This document shows positions 20,911 through 30,594 of a DNA stretch of 64,000 nucleotides, piece by piece; position 1 is the stretch's first letter; each line of letters begins with the position of its first letter. The stretch spans positions 56 to 64,055 of the forward strand of contig DAIMYL010000001.1 in the NCBI GenBank assembly GCA_036734505.1, written 5' to 3'. The notes under the pieces were generated by a model. That model was not told the DNA's origin and did not search any database. It worked only from the letters and a program-made list of their open reading frames with translations. Position numbers and translations under genes: made by a program. This stretch comes from Steroidobacteraceae bacterium. Its GTDB lineage: Bacteria; Pseudomonadota; Gammaproteobacteria; Steroidobacterales; Steroidobacteraceae.

Positions 20911-22823
20911 CGGCCCGTCCCCTTGTCGCGCGGCCGGCTCAAGCGGTCGAGCACGATGGCGAGCAGCACGATGGCGATGCCGGCCTCGAAGCCGACATCC
21001 ACCTGCACGCTGTTGAGCGCGCGCACCACCGGCACGCCGAGCCCGCCGGCGCCGACCAACGCCGCGATCACCACCATCGACAGGCTCAGCATGATGCACT
21101 GCGTGATGCCGGCGAAGATCGAGGGCAGGGCGCAGGGCAGCTCGATCTTCCAGAGCCGCTGCCACTTCGTCGCGCCGAAGGCCTCGCCCGCCTCCCGCAT
21201 CGGACGCGGCACGCCCGTGATGCCGAGGTGCGTCAGGCGCACCGGTGCCGGCAGCGCGAAGATCACCGTGGAGATGAGACCCGGCACGACCCCGAGCCCG
21301 AACAGCACCAGCGTCGGGATCAGGTACACGAACGTCGGCAGAGTCTGCATGAGGTCGAGCACAGGGCGCAGCGCCGCGTAGAGCCGTGGTCGGTGCGCCG
21401 CGGCGATGCCGAGCGGCACACCGATCGCCGTCGCTGCGAGCGTCGCCACGGTCACCAGGGCGACGGTCTCGACGGTCGCCGCCCAGTAGCCCTGGTTCAT
21501 GATGAAGAGCAGGGCCGCCACGACGAAGGCGACCAGCGGCACCGAGCGCTGGAGGATCCAGGCGAGCGCCGCCGCCGCCAGCACCAGCAGCCAGGAGGGC
21601 AGGGCCTTGAGCAGCGCGTGCACGCCTTCGACGCTGCCGCTCACGACGCGGGAGACGAGATCGAAGAAGGGCTTCCAGTTCTCCTGCGCATGCTGGATGG
21701 CGTCGCCGATGACGCGACCGACCGGGATCTTGTGTCCGCCGACGACGCGCTCGAGATCCCACGCCCCGGCTGCCGTGCCGCCCGCGGCCGATCCGGCGAA
21801 TCCGTCGATGGGCGAGCCGTCCGCCCGCGTCACGCCTTCCAGCAGCGGCGCGAGCGCCTGCGGGTTCGCGCGCAGCCATGCCGCAGCGGACTCCTCAGGC
21901 GCGAGCTTGCGGTTGAGGATGCCGTCCATCAGGTCGTTCTCCATCGCGCCGGTGAACGACAGGTTGCGCAGGAAGCGGCCGACATTCGAGCATTCCTGTA
22001 GATAGCCCTTGCGCACGACCGTGTGGATGATCGCGCCGCCGAAGTCCGGGCCGAAGGTGTCGTCGCCGCCCGAGAGATAGCGCATGTCGTAGCGCTTGTT
22101 CATCGGGTGCGGCTGCCAGCCGAAGAACACGATGGGTTCGCGTGCGTTGTAGGCGCGCTCGACCTGGGCGAGCATGCCCTGTTCGCTGGATTCCACCAGC
22201 GTGAAGCCTCCGAGCCCGAAGCGGTCCGCTTCGATGAGCTCGATCATCATCCGGTTGCCGTCGTTGCCGGGCTCGATGCCGTACATCTTGCGCTTCAGGG
22301 GTTCGGCGAACTTCGCGATGTCCGCGAAATCGCGCAGCCCCTGCTCGTAGAGGTAAGCCGGCACGGCGAGGGTGTACTTCGCCTCGGTCATGTTGGCGCG
22401 CACGACCTCGATCGAGCCGTCGTCGAGGTAGGGCTGGCGATCGGCCTTCTGTGAGGGCATCCAGTTGCCGAGGAAGACATCGATGTCGCGGTTGCGCAGG
22501 GAGGCGAAGGTGACGGGCAGCGAGAGCACCGTGACCTTGGGCTCGTAGCCGAGCTGACGCAGCACATGGCTCGCGAAGCCCGTGGTCGCGGTGACATCGG
22601 TCCAGCCGATGTCTGACATGCGGACGACGCGGCAGCTCGCGGGCTCGGCGGCGGTGGCCGCGGCCGCCGGCGCGCCGGCGGCGGGGTCCGAGGCCTGACC
22701 GGGCGCCGCCACGCAGAGGCTGACCAGCAGCCCGCAGAGCGCGGCAAGAACGCTTGACCGAGGCCGGCGACGCACGGCAACATCGGTTCCGGTTCGCTGC
22801 GGATTGAACGGTGATTCAATCAT
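20907..22823 (-). CDS. Fused ProX-like substrate-binding domain (N-terminal) + ProW-like permease (C-terminal) of a betaine/choline ABC importer
   Basis: A single 638-aa ORF. It starts with a signal/anchor (VLAALCGLLVSLCVAAPGQA). Residues about 60-330 are ProX-like (MSDIGWTDVTATTGFASHVL...VFLGNWMP). Residues about 350-638 are a multi-TM ABC permease (EAA-like region ...MREAGEAFGATKWQRLWKIELP). Confidence 0.85.
   Translation of the reverse strand: MIESPFNPQRTGTDVAVRRRPRSSVLAALCGLLVSLCVAAPGQASDPAAGAPAAAATAAEPASCRVVRMSDIGWTDVTATTGFASHVLRQLGYEPKVTVLSLPVTFASLRNRDIDVFLGNWMPSQKADRQPYLDDGSIEVVRANMTEAKYTLAVPAYLYEQGLRDFADIAKFAEPLKRKMYGIEPGNDGNRMMIELIEADRFGLGGFTLVESSEQGMLAQVERAYNAREPIVFFGWQPHPMNKRYDMRYLSGGDDTFGPDFGGAIIHTVVRKGYLQECSNVGRFLRNLSFTGAMENDLMDGILNRKLAPEESAAAWLRANPQALAPLLEGVTRADGSPIDGFAGSAAGGTAAGAWDLERVVGGHKIPVGRVIGDAIQHAQENWKPFFDLVSRVVSGSVEGVHALLKALPSWLLVLAAAALAWILQRSVPLVAFVVAALLFIMNQGYWAATVETVALVTVATLAATAIGVPLGIAAAHRPRLYAALRPVLDLMQTLPTFVYLIPTLVLFGLGVVPGLISTVIFALPAPVRLTHLGITGVPRPMREAGEAFGATKWQRLWKIELPCALPSIFAGITQCIMLSLSMVVIAALVGAGGLGVPVVRALNSVQVDVGFEAGIAIVLLAIVLDRLSRPRDKGTGR
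22803..22820. promoter_or_regulatory. Inverted repeat ATTGAA-N6-TTCAAT, candidate BetI (TetR-type) operator
   Basis: ATTGAACGGTGATTCAAT is a perfect 6-bp inverted repeat directly abutting, and overlapping, the first codons of the binding-protein/permease gene (start codon 22821-22823). It sits in the region divergent from betI. Confidence 0.4.
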
Positions 22824-22838
22824 GCGGATTCGACCTCT

Positions 22839-22875
22839 GAAAAGTTATATAAACTATTGTTTTATATGTCTATCC
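22839..22875. promoter_or_regulatory. AT-rich divergent promoter region between the ABC importer operon and betI
   Basis: GAAAAGTTATATAAACTATTGTTTTATATGTCTATCC is strikingly AT-rich in a GC-rich context. It contains an imperfect inverted repeat, ATATAAAC...GTTTTATAT. Confidence 0.4.
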
Positions 22876-22939
22876 GCGCAGAGTCCGATCACCGAATCGA
22901 CACTCCGCGCGCAGCCTCACCAGACCGAGGGTAGCCCCT

Positions 22940-25048
22940 TTGAACGACAACAGAAACTCCCCCAACGGCGCGCCCAACCGCGGCGGTGACGCCACCCGCC
23001 GTCAGCAGCTCATCGAGGTCACCCTCGAAAGTCTGGCAGAAGTGGGTATCCAGGGCACGACTCTCGCACAGATCGCGGGCAAGGCGGATGTCTCGCCGGG
23101 GCTGGTGGCGCATTACTTCGTCGACAAGGACGGGCTGCTGCAGGCCGCATTCCGCGAACTGCTGACGCGCCTGCGGGAGCAGACCCGATGGCGGTTGACC
23201 GCGGCCGGTAGTCCGCTCGACCGTCTGCGGGCCTACATCGAGGCGAGTCTCTCGCCGGAGTGTCTGCGCTCCGCCGACAGCCGTGCCTGGCTCGCCTATT
23301 GGAGCCAGGTGCATTCCTCGCCGGGCATCGCCCGTATCCAGCGCATCTACCAGCGCCGCATCGAGTCCAACCTGCGCGCGGCGCTGCGGCCCCTCGTACC
23401 CGAGGTCTCGCTCGCCAGCCACGCCGCCAACATCGCCGCGCTGATCGACGGCGCATGGCTGCAGGCGGCCCTGGCGCCGCGTCCGGCAGGCGACAGCCGC
23501 GCGATCTGCGAGCGCGTGCTGTCGATGGTGTACGCCGCGATCGGCCAGTCGGCCGCGGACGCCGCCGCAGTCGGAGCGTCGGCGGCCGCGGGTCCCGGGG
23601 CGGTGTCGACCCCGGTGCGCCGCAAAGCCTCGCCCGTGCGCGGCGGTCTGCTCCCGAGCTACAACCCGGCCACCGGCGAACTGCTCGCCGAACTGCCTGT
23701 CGCCGGCGCCGAGGAGATCGACGAGGCCGTCCGCCGTGCCCGCGCCGCGCAGCCCGCCTGGGCCGCGCTCAGCGGCACCGAGCGCTCGCGCGTCCTGCGC
23801 CGGGTGTCCGACCTGCTGCGCGAGCACAACGACCGGCTCTCGCTCATCGAGATGCGGGACACCGGCAAACCCATCCAGGAGACGAAGGTCGTCGACATCG
23901 TCTCGGGCGCGGAGTGCTTCGAGTACTTCGCCTCGATGGCCACCGGCGCCGCGGGCGAGCACATCGACCTCGGCACGGCGGGTTTCGGCTACACGCGGCG
24001 CGAGCCGCTCGGCGTGGTGGGCGGCATCGGCGCATGGAACTACCCCATGCAGACCTGCTGCTGGAAGACCGCGCCCGCGCTCGCCTTCGGCAACGCGATG
24101 ATCTTCAAGCCCGCCGAGCTCACGCCGCTCAGCGCCGCCGAGATGCCCGCCCTCATGAAGGAAGCCGGCGTGCCGGACGGCATCTTCCAGGTGGTGCAGG
24201 GTGCCGTCGACACCGGGCGGCTGCTGGTCGGCCATCCCGGCATCGCCAAGGTGTCGCTCACGGGCGCGGTCGAGACGGGCCGCGCGGTGATGGGCGCCGC
24301 GGCGCCGACGCTCAAGCATGTCACCCTGGAGCTCGGCGGCAAGTCGCCGCTGATCATCTTCCCCGACGCCGATCTCGACAACGCGGTCTCCGGCGCGCTG
24401 CTCGGCAACTTCTACTCGGCGGGCGAGGTGTGCTCGAACGCGACCCGCGTGTTCGTGCACCGCTCGATCAAGCAGGAGTTCCTGAAGCGGCTGCTCGCGC
24501 GGGTCGAGAAGATGAAGATCGGCGACCCGGCCGATCCGGCCACGCAGGTCGGCTCGCTCATCTCCGAGGAGCACCTGCGCAAGGTCATGTCCTACATCGA
24601 GCGCGGCCAGGCCGAGGGCGCGCGGATGTTGATCGGCGGCAAGCGCCTGACCGAGGGCGCGCTCGCGCGCGGCTTCTTCGTGACGCCGACCGTCTTCGAC
24701 CAATGCCGCGACGACATGGCCATCGTGCGCGAGGAGATCTTCGGGCCGGTGATGACGGTGCTCGACTTCGACGACGAGGAGGAGGCCATCGGGCGCGCCA
24801 ACGACACCCACTTCGGGCTCTCGGCGGGCGTGTTCACGCAGGACCTCAACCGCGCGCACCGCGTCATCGGCCAGCTGCAGGCCGGCAGCTGCTGGATCAA
24901 CCACTACAACATCTGTCCGATGGAGCTGCCCTTCGGCGGCTACAAGCACTCGGGCATCGGCCGCGAGAACGGCCGCATCACGATGGAGTACTACACCCAG
25001 CTCAAGAGCGTCTACGTCGCCAAGGGCGGCATCGACTCTCCTTACTGA
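22940..25048 (+). CDS. betI/betB: Single ORF encoding BetI (TetR-family choline-responsive repressor, about aa 1-200) fused in frame to BetB (betaine aldehyde dehydrogenase, about aa 220-701)
   Basis: TTG start at 22940 with GAGGG 9 nt upstream. The BetI-like HTH is RRQQLIEVTLESLAEVGIQGTTLAQIAGKADVSPGLVAHYF. No stop codon in this frame follows the BetI domain. An Ala/Gly-rich linker leads into an ALDH domain (YNPATGE, ELGGKSP, GEVCSNATR, EEIFGPV). Internal GTGs at 23603, 23615 and 23636 could also start a separate BetB. Confidence 0.8.
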   Translation: MNDNRNSPNGAPNRGGDATRRQQLIEVTLESLAEVGIQGTTLAQIAGKADVSPGLVAHYFVDKDGLLQAAFRELLTRLREQTRWRLTAAGSPLDRLRAYIEASLSPECLRSADSRAWLAYWSQVHSSPGIARIQRIYQRRIESNLRAALRPLVPEVSLASHAANIAALIDGAWLQAALAPRPAGDSRAICERVLSMVYAAIGQSAADAAAVGASAAAGPGAVSTPVRRKASPVRGGLLPSYNPATGELLAELPVAGAEEIDEAVRRARAAQPAWAALSGTERSRVLRRVSDLLREHNDRLSLIEMRDTGKPIQETKVVDIVSGAECFEYFASMATGAAGEHIDLGTAGFGYTRREPLGVVGGIGAWNYPMQTCCWKTAPALAFGNAMIFKPAELTPLSAAEMPALMKEAGVPDGIFQVVQGAVDTGRLLVGHPGIAKVSLTGAVETGRAVMGAAAPTLKHVTLELGGKSPLIIFPDADLDNAVSGALLGNFYSAGEVCSNATRVFVHRSIKQEFLKRLLARVEKMKIGDPADPATQVGSLISEEHLRKVMSYIERGQAEGARMLIGGKRLTEGALARGFFVTPTVFDQCRDDMAIVREEIFGPVMTVLDFDDEEEAIGRANDTHFGLSAGVFTQDLNRAHRVIGQLQAGSCWINHYNICPMELPFGGYKHSGIGRENGRITMEYYTQLKSVYVAKGGIDSPY

Positions 25049-25067
25049 TCGGGTCCGGAGCGGGGAT

Positions 25068-26735
25068 ATGGGCGTGACGAAGGACGAGTACGACCACATC
25101 ATCATCGGCGCCGGCTCGGCCGGCTGCGTGCTGGCCGCGCGCCTGACCGAGGACCCTGCGAACCGGGTGCTGCTGCTCGAGTACGGCGGCTCGGACCGCT
25201 CGGTGTTCATCCGCATGCCCTCGGCGCTCGCCATCCCGATGAACCGCAAGCGCTACAACTGGTACTACCACACCGAGCCCGAGCCCGGGCTCGGCGGGCG
25301 CAGCCTGCACACGCCGCGCGGCAAGGTGCTCGGCGGCTCGTCCTCGATCAACGGCATGGTGTACATCCGCGGCAACCCCTTCGACTTCGAGCGTTGGCAG
25401 GAGGAAGGGGCGCGCGGTTGGGGTTATCCCGATGTGCTGCCGTACTTCAAGCGCGCCGAGACCCGAGACGAGGGCGGCGACGCCTATCGCGGCGACCGCG
25501 GCCCGCTGCAGACGCGCTACGGCAGCCTCGAGAACCCGCTGCATGCGGCGTGGCTCGCCGCCGGTGAAGAGGCGGGCTATCCGCTCACGGACGACATCAA
25601 CGGCTTCCAGCAGGAAGGCTTCGGCCGCTTCGACATGACCGTGGGCCGCGGCCAACGCTGCAGCGCGGCGGTGGCCTACCTGCACCCTGCGCGCTCGCGC
25701 CCCAACCTCACGGTGCTGAGCGGTGCGCTCGCGACCCGTATCCTGCTCGAGGGCGGGCGCGCCGTCGGCGTCGAGTTCCATCGCGGCGGTGCGCTGCACA
25801 CCGTGCGGGCGCGACGCGAGGTCATCGTCAGCGGCGGTCCGATCAACTCACCGCAGCTGCTGAAGCTGTCCGGCATCGGTCCTGCAGCGGAGCTCGAGTC
25901 CCACGGCATCGCCGTGCGGCATGCGTTGCCCGGCGTCGGCGAGAACCTGCAGGACCATCTCGAGTTCTATTTCCAGGTCGCTTGCCGCGAGCCGGTGACG
26001 CTCTACTCCGTGATGAACCCGATCGCCAAGGGCTGGATCGGCGCGCGTTGGCTTCTGACCCGCACCGGGCTCGGCGCGACCAACCACTTCGAGACCGGCG
26101 GGTTCATCCGCAGCCGCGCCGGTGTGCGCTACCCGGACATCCAGTACCACTTCCTGCCGCTCGCGGTCGCGTACGACGGTTCGAGCGGCGCCTCCGAGCA
26201 CGGTTTCCAGGCGCATGTGGGGCCGATGCGCACCAACAGCCGCGGCTGGGTGCGCCTGCGCTCGGCGGACCCCCGCGATCCGCCGCGCATCCTGTTCAAC
26301 TATCTGAGCACGCCCGAGGACATGCAGGAGATGCGCGCCTGCGTACGCCTGACGCGCGAGATCTTCGCGCAGCCCGCGTTCGCGCGTTGGCGCGGGCGAG
26401 AGATCCAGCCGGGCGAGGGCGTGACGGGCGACGCGGACATCGACGCCTTCGTGCGCCGTCATGTCGAGAGCGCCTACCACCCCTGCGGCACCTGCCGTAT
26501 GGGCGCCGCCGACGACCCGCTGGCGGTGGTCGACCCGGAGACGCGGGTGCGCGGGCTCGAGGGGCTGCGGGTGGTGGACTCGTCCATCATGCCATCGGTC
26601 ACCACCGGCAACCTCAACGCACCGACCATCATGCTGGCCGAGAAGGCCGCGGACCATATCCTCGGCCGCCCGATGCTCGAGCGTGCGACGGTCGATTGGT
26701 ACGAAGCGCCGGATTGGCGCAGCGCGCAGCGCTGA
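25068..26735 (+). CDS. betA: Choline dehydrogenase (GMC oxidoreductase)
   Basis: [25 protein letters not shown] motif, with GMC signatures throughout and a typical length of 555 aa. Confidence 0.92.
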   Translation: MGVTKDEYDHIIIGAGSAGCVLAARLTEDPANRVLLLEYGGSDRSVFIRMPSALAIPMNRKRYNWYYHTEPEPGLGGRSLHTPRGKVLGGSSSINGMVYIRGNPFDFERWQEEGARGWGYPDVLPYFKRAETRDEGGDAYRGDRGPLQTRYGSLENPLHAAWLAAGEEAGYPLTDDINGFQQEGFGRFDMTVGRGQRCSAAVAYLHPARSRPNLTVLSGALATRILLEGGRAVGVEFHRGGALHTVRARREVIVSGGPINSPQLLKLSGIGPAAELESHGIAVRHALPGVGENLQDHLEFYFQVACREPVTLYSVMNPIAKGWIGARWLLTRTGLGATNHFETGGFIRSRAGVRYPDIQYHFLPLAVAYDGSSGASEHGFQAHVGPMRTNSRGWVRLRSADPRDPPRILFNYLSTPEDMQEMRACVRLTREIFAQPAFARWRGREIQPGEGVTGDADIDAFVRRHVESAYHPCGTCRMGAADDPLAVVDPETRVRGLEGLRVVDSSIMPSVTTGNLNAPTIMLAEKAADHILGRPMLERATVDWYEAPDWRSAQR

Positions 26736-26741
26736 GGCGGA

Positions 26742-27308
26742 TCAGCCCTCGCGGCCGGTGAGATCCTGCGCGGCCTCGGCGAGCCAGCGCTGCAGGTAGT
26801 CCGCGAACGAGCGCCAGACCTCGATGTGGAACTCCTGCTCGCCGCGCCGCCAGAGCACGATGTCGGTCTTGTTGAAGAGCGTGCGCGTGCCGCTGCCGAC
26901 CGGGAAACGGGCCGGGTCGAGGTCGAGGGGGCAGCCGCAGTTGAGCAGGTCCGCGGCGAACGGCGCGGTCAGCCGCAGGCCGACCTGACGCTGCGTCACA
27001 TCCACCAAAGAATGCGCATGACCGCTGAGGTCGGCCTCGAGCCGCGCGCCGAGCGCCGCGGCGTCGTCCCGCCAGGACAGCAGCAGCCGCTCATCCGGGC
27101 CGAGCCAGATCAGGGTCGTGGCATCGTCGCCCGTCGTGCGCCCGGCGGCGTCCGGATCGGGGATGCCGAGCGCCGCCGCGGCGGCCGCGAGCGCCGCAGG
27201 GCCGCCCTGAAGCACGAAGCGCGCGGCGACCGCGACCGGCTGCAGCAAGTTCGCCCTCGGTGATGCGGTCGACGGAGCGTTCGGCAGGCGGGTGGAGGTC
27301 TCAGACAT
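26742..27308 (-). CDS. soxG: Heterotetrameric sarcosine oxidase gamma subunit
   Basis: A 188-aa protein that is the last gene of a soxBDAG-order operon. Its start overlaps the soxA stop (27301-27308). Confidence 0.8.
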   Translation of the reverse strand: MSETSTRLPNAPSTASPRANLLQPVAVAARFVLQGGPAALAAAAAALGIPDPDAAGRTTGDDATTLIWLGPDERLLLSWRDDAAALGARLEADLSGHAHSLVDVTQRQVGLRLTAPFAADLLNCGCPLDLDPARFPVGSGTRTLFNKTDIVLWRRGEQEFHIEVWRSFADYLQRWLAEAAQDLTGREG

Positions 27309-30300
27309 TCAGCCGCGCTCCCTTCGGGTCGTAGAACACCGGCGCGCAGACCTCGACCGGGATCTCGCCGCCCGGCATGGGCACATGCAGCGTCCGGCCG
27401 ATGCGGGCGCGTCCGCCTGCGACCACCGCCAACGCGATGGAGCGGCCGAGCGCGGCGCTCATGTAGGACGAGGTGACATGGCCGATGAGCTTCATCGGCG
27501 GCGCCTGCCCCGGTACATCGACGATCTGCGCGCCTTCCTCGAGCACCACGCGCGGATCGCGGGTCAGCAGGCCCACGAGCTGCTTGCGGTCCGGCGACAG
27601 CATCGAGGGGCGGGCGAGTGCGCGCTTGCCGACGAAGTCCGCCTTGGCCTTGCCGATGGCCCAGGACAAGCCGACATCGTCCGGGGTCACCGTGCCGTCG
27701 GTGTCCTGGCCGATGATGATGAAACCCTTCTCGGCACGCAGCACATGCATGGTCTCGGTGCCGTAGGCCGTGAGCCCGTGCGCCTTGCCGGCTTCGCAGA
27801 TGGCCTCGAGCGCCGCCGCACCGCGATCCGCCGGCACATTGACCTCGAAGCCGAGCTCGCCCGTGAAGCTGACGCGGAACAGCATCATCGGGATGCCGCG
27901 CAGCGTGCCATGCACCACCGCCATGTGCGGCAGCGCCGCGGCGGAGATGTCGAGCCCGTCGACGAGCGGCGCCAGGACTTCGCGGGCGCGCGGACCCTGC
28001 ACCGCGATGACCGCCCATTGCTCGGTGGTGGAGGTGAGCCAGACATCGAGGTCGGTCCACTCGGTCTGCCTGTAGTCCTCCATCATGGCGAGGACGCGGG
28101 CCGCGCCGCCGGTGGTGGTCGTGACATGGAAGCGGTCAGGCGCGAGGCGCGCCACTACGCCGTCGTCGTACACGAAGCCATCGTCGCGCAGCAGCACGCC
28201 GTACTTGCAGCGGCCGACCGCGAGCTTGGACCAATCGTTCACATAGAGGCGGTCCATGAACGCCGTGGCGCCCGGTCCCGCGACCACGATCTTGCCGAGG
28301 GTCGAGGCGTCGAACACGCCGCAGCCCTCGCGCACCGCGCGGCACTCCCGCGCCACCGCCGCATGCATGTCCTCGCCCGCGCGCGGGAAGAAGCGCGCGC
28401 GCTTCCACATGCCGACATCCTCGAACACGGCACCTTGCCGTACCGCCCAGGCGTGCATGGGTGTGCGACGCACCGGGTCGAAGGACTCGCCGCGCGCCTG
28501 GCCCGCGAAGCTCGCGAAGGTGACGGGCGTGTAGGGCATGCGGAAGGTGGTGAGGCCGACCGCCGGGACGGGCTTGCCCAGCTCGCGTGCGGCGTGGTGC
28601 AGCGCGTTGAGGTTCGACATCTTGCCCTGGTCGGTGGCCATGCCGGTCGTCGTGTAGCGCTTGATGTGCTCGATCGACCGGAAGCCCTCGCGCATCGCGA
28701 GGTCGAGGTCCTTGAGCATCACATCGTGCTGGAAGTCGACGAAGGCCTTGGGGCCGGGTACCGCCGCCTCGGCGCGTGGCAGGCGGGTGGTCGAAGGCGC
28801 TGCCATGTCCTCGGTGGCCTCGAAGCGCAGATCCGCGCCCTCGAAGCCCGCGGCGCGCGCCGCCGCCGCACCTGCCGCAGCGCCGTCCTGCAGCGTCGCT
28901 GCGAGCCCGAAGATCCCGCGACAGGCGCCGACCGAGCGCTCGTTCTCCGCGGACTCGCCGGGGATGAAGGCCTGCAGCGTCTCGTCGTATCGCAGCTTGC
29001 CGCGCGACTGCGAGAAGAGGTGGACGCTCGGTACATGTCCGCCCGCCACCAACAGCAGGTCGCAGTCGATGGAGCGATGCCCGGTCGGGCGTCCTGACGC
29101 ATCGAGGCGCGCGATCTCGACCGACGACACATGGTCGTAGCCGCGGGTGCCGAGCACCCGCGCACCGGTCTCGACGGCGATGCCGGCCGCGCGCGCGCGG
29201 GCCTGCCACCCGTCCTGCGGCGCGGGCGATGTCGCGGGGCTCAGGTCCACGATCTGCGCGACCGTGGCGCCGGCGGCCTGCATCTCGAGCGCGACGCGGT
29301 AGGCGCTGTCGCAGATCGTGGCGATGACCACGCGCCGGCCCGGCAGCACCGCCTGTTCATTGAGGTAACGCAGCGCCGCCCCGGCGAGCATCACGCCCGG
29401 ACGGTCGTTGCCCGGGAACACGAGCGGCTGCTCGATGGAGCCGGTCGCGAGCACCACCTGTCGCGCGCGCACCTGCCACAGGCGCTCACGCGCGAGACCG
29501 GCGGGCGGCGTCGCCAGATGGTCGGTCAGGCGTTCGCTCAAGCCGAGGTGGTTGTGCGGGAAGTAGCCGAACGCGGTGGTGCGGGGCAGCAACCGTACGC
29601 GCGGGTTGCGCCGCAGTTCGGCGACCGCAGAGGCCACCCACTCGTCGGCACCCGCCCCGTCGATGCGGGCGGAGCCGTCGGCGAGCAGCGAGCCGCCGAA
29701 CTCCGGTCGCTCGTCGCAGAGGATGACGCGAGCGCCGCCGCGGGAGGCGGCGAGGGCGGCGGCGAGGCCCGCGGGCCCCGCGCCGACGACCAGCACCTCG
29801 CAGTGCGCATGCTGCTGGGCGTAGCGGTCGGGGTCCGCGAGGCGCGGCGCTTCCCCGAGGCCCGCCATGCGACGGATCAGCGGTTCGTAGAGCCTGTGCC
29901 AGGCGCTGCGCGGCCACATGAAGGTCTTGTAGTAGAAGCCCGCCGGCAGCAGCGGCGAGAAGAGCTCCGCCATGCGCCCAAGATCGAAGCGCAGGCTCGG
30001 CCAACGGTTCTGGCTGACGGCGCAGAGACCGTCGTAGAGCTCGACCTGGGTCGCGCGCAGATTGGGCGTGGATCGGGCGTCGTCGCGGCGTACCGTGACG
30101 AGCGCCGAGGGTTCCTCGGGACCCGCCGTCATGATGCCGCGCGGACGGTGGTACTTGAACGAGCGGCCGACGAGGTGCACGCCGTTGGCGAGCAGCGCCG
30201 AGGCGAGCGTATCGCCCTGCAGCCCTTCGTAGGTCTTGCCGTCGAAGGTGAAACGGATCCTCCGGTCGCGGGCGACGCGACCGCCGGTGCTGAGGCGTGC

Positions 30301-30309
30301 GCCGCTCAT
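27301..30309 (-). CDS. soxA: Heterotetrameric sarcosine oxidase alpha subunit (with GcvT-like THF-binding domain)
   Basis: The internal ATG at 30309 gives MSGARLSTGG...FTFDGKTYEGLQGDTLASALLANGVHLVGRSFKYHRPRGI, the canonical SoxA N-terminus. Length about 1002 aa. Confidence 0.9.
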   Translation of the reverse strand: MSGARLSTGGRVARDRRIRFTFDGKTYEGLQGDTLASALLANGVHLVGRSFKYHRPRGIMTAGPEEPSALVTVRRDDARSTPNLRATQVELYDGLCAVSQNRWPSLRFDLGRMAELFSPLLPAGFYYKTFMWPRSAWHRLYEPLIRRMAGLGEAPRLADPDRYAQQHAHCEVLVVGAGPAGLAAALAASRGGARVILCDERPEFGGSLLADGSARIDGAGADEWVASAVAELRRNPRVRLLPRTTAFGYFPHNHLGLSERLTDHLATPPAGLARERLWQVRARQVVLATGSIEQPLVFPGNDRPGVMLAGAALRYLNEQAVLPGRRVVIATICDSAYRVALEMQAAGATVAQIVDLSPATSPAPQDGWQARARAAGIAVETGARVLGTRGYDHVSSVEIARLDASGRPTGHRSIDCDLLLVAGGHVPSVHLFSQSRGKLRYDETLQAFIPGESAENERSVGACRGIFGLAATLQDGAAAGAAAARAAGFEGADLRFEATEDMAAPSTTRLPRAEAAVPGPKAFVDFQHDVMLKDLDLAMREGFRSIEHIKRYTTTGMATDQGKMSNLNALHHAARELGKPVPAVGLTTFRMPYTPVTFASFAGQARGESFDPVRRTPMHAWAVRQGAVFEDVGMWKRARFFPRAGEDMHAAVARECRAVREGCGVFDASTLGKIVVAGPGATAFMDRLYVNDWSKLAVGRCKYGVLLRDDGFVYDDGVVARLAPDRFHVTTTTGGAARVLAMMEDYRQTEWTDLDVWLTSTTEQWAVIAVQGPRAREVLAPLVDGLDISAAALPHMAVVHGTLRGIPMMLFRVSFTGELGFEVNVPADRGAAALEAICEAGKAHGLTAYGTETMHVLRAEKGFIIIGQDTDGTVTPDDVGLSWAIGKAKADFVGKRALARPSMLSPDRKQLVGLLTRDPRVVLEEGAQIVDVPGQAPPMKLIGHVTSSYMSAALGRSIALAVVAGGRARIGRTLHVPMPGGEIPVEVCAPVFYDPKGARLNV

Positions 30310-30587
30310 CGCAGACCCTCGGGCGGCTTCTCGCCGGCCTTGTAGGTGGCGAGGAAGCGGTCGGTGGTGGTGTCCCGCAGCGCGTTGAAGAACCGGCCGC
30401 AGCCGCGGGTGTGGCGCCAACGCTCGGCATGCACGCCTTTGGCGTTGGTCCGCAGGTAGAGATAGGCCGCCCAACCGTCATCGCTCACCGCCGACGGATC
30501 GGCGGGGCGCGCGATGTGCGCCTCGCCACCGTAGGCGAACTCGAGCTCGGGGCGCTCACCGCAATGGGGGCAACGGATCAGCAGCAT
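30306..30587 (-). CDS. soxD: Sarcosine oxidase delta subunit
   Basis: A 93-aa protein, MLLIRCPHCGERPELEFAYGGEAH...HTRGC, with Zn-binding Cys/His typical of SoxD. ATGA-type overlap with soxA. Confidence 0.9.
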   Translation of the reverse strand: MLLIRCPHCGERPELEFAYGGEAHIARPADPSAVSDDGWAAYLYLRTNAKGVHAERWRHTRGCGRFFNALRDTTTDRFLATYKAGEKPPEGLR

Positions 30588-30594
30588 GGCGGGC

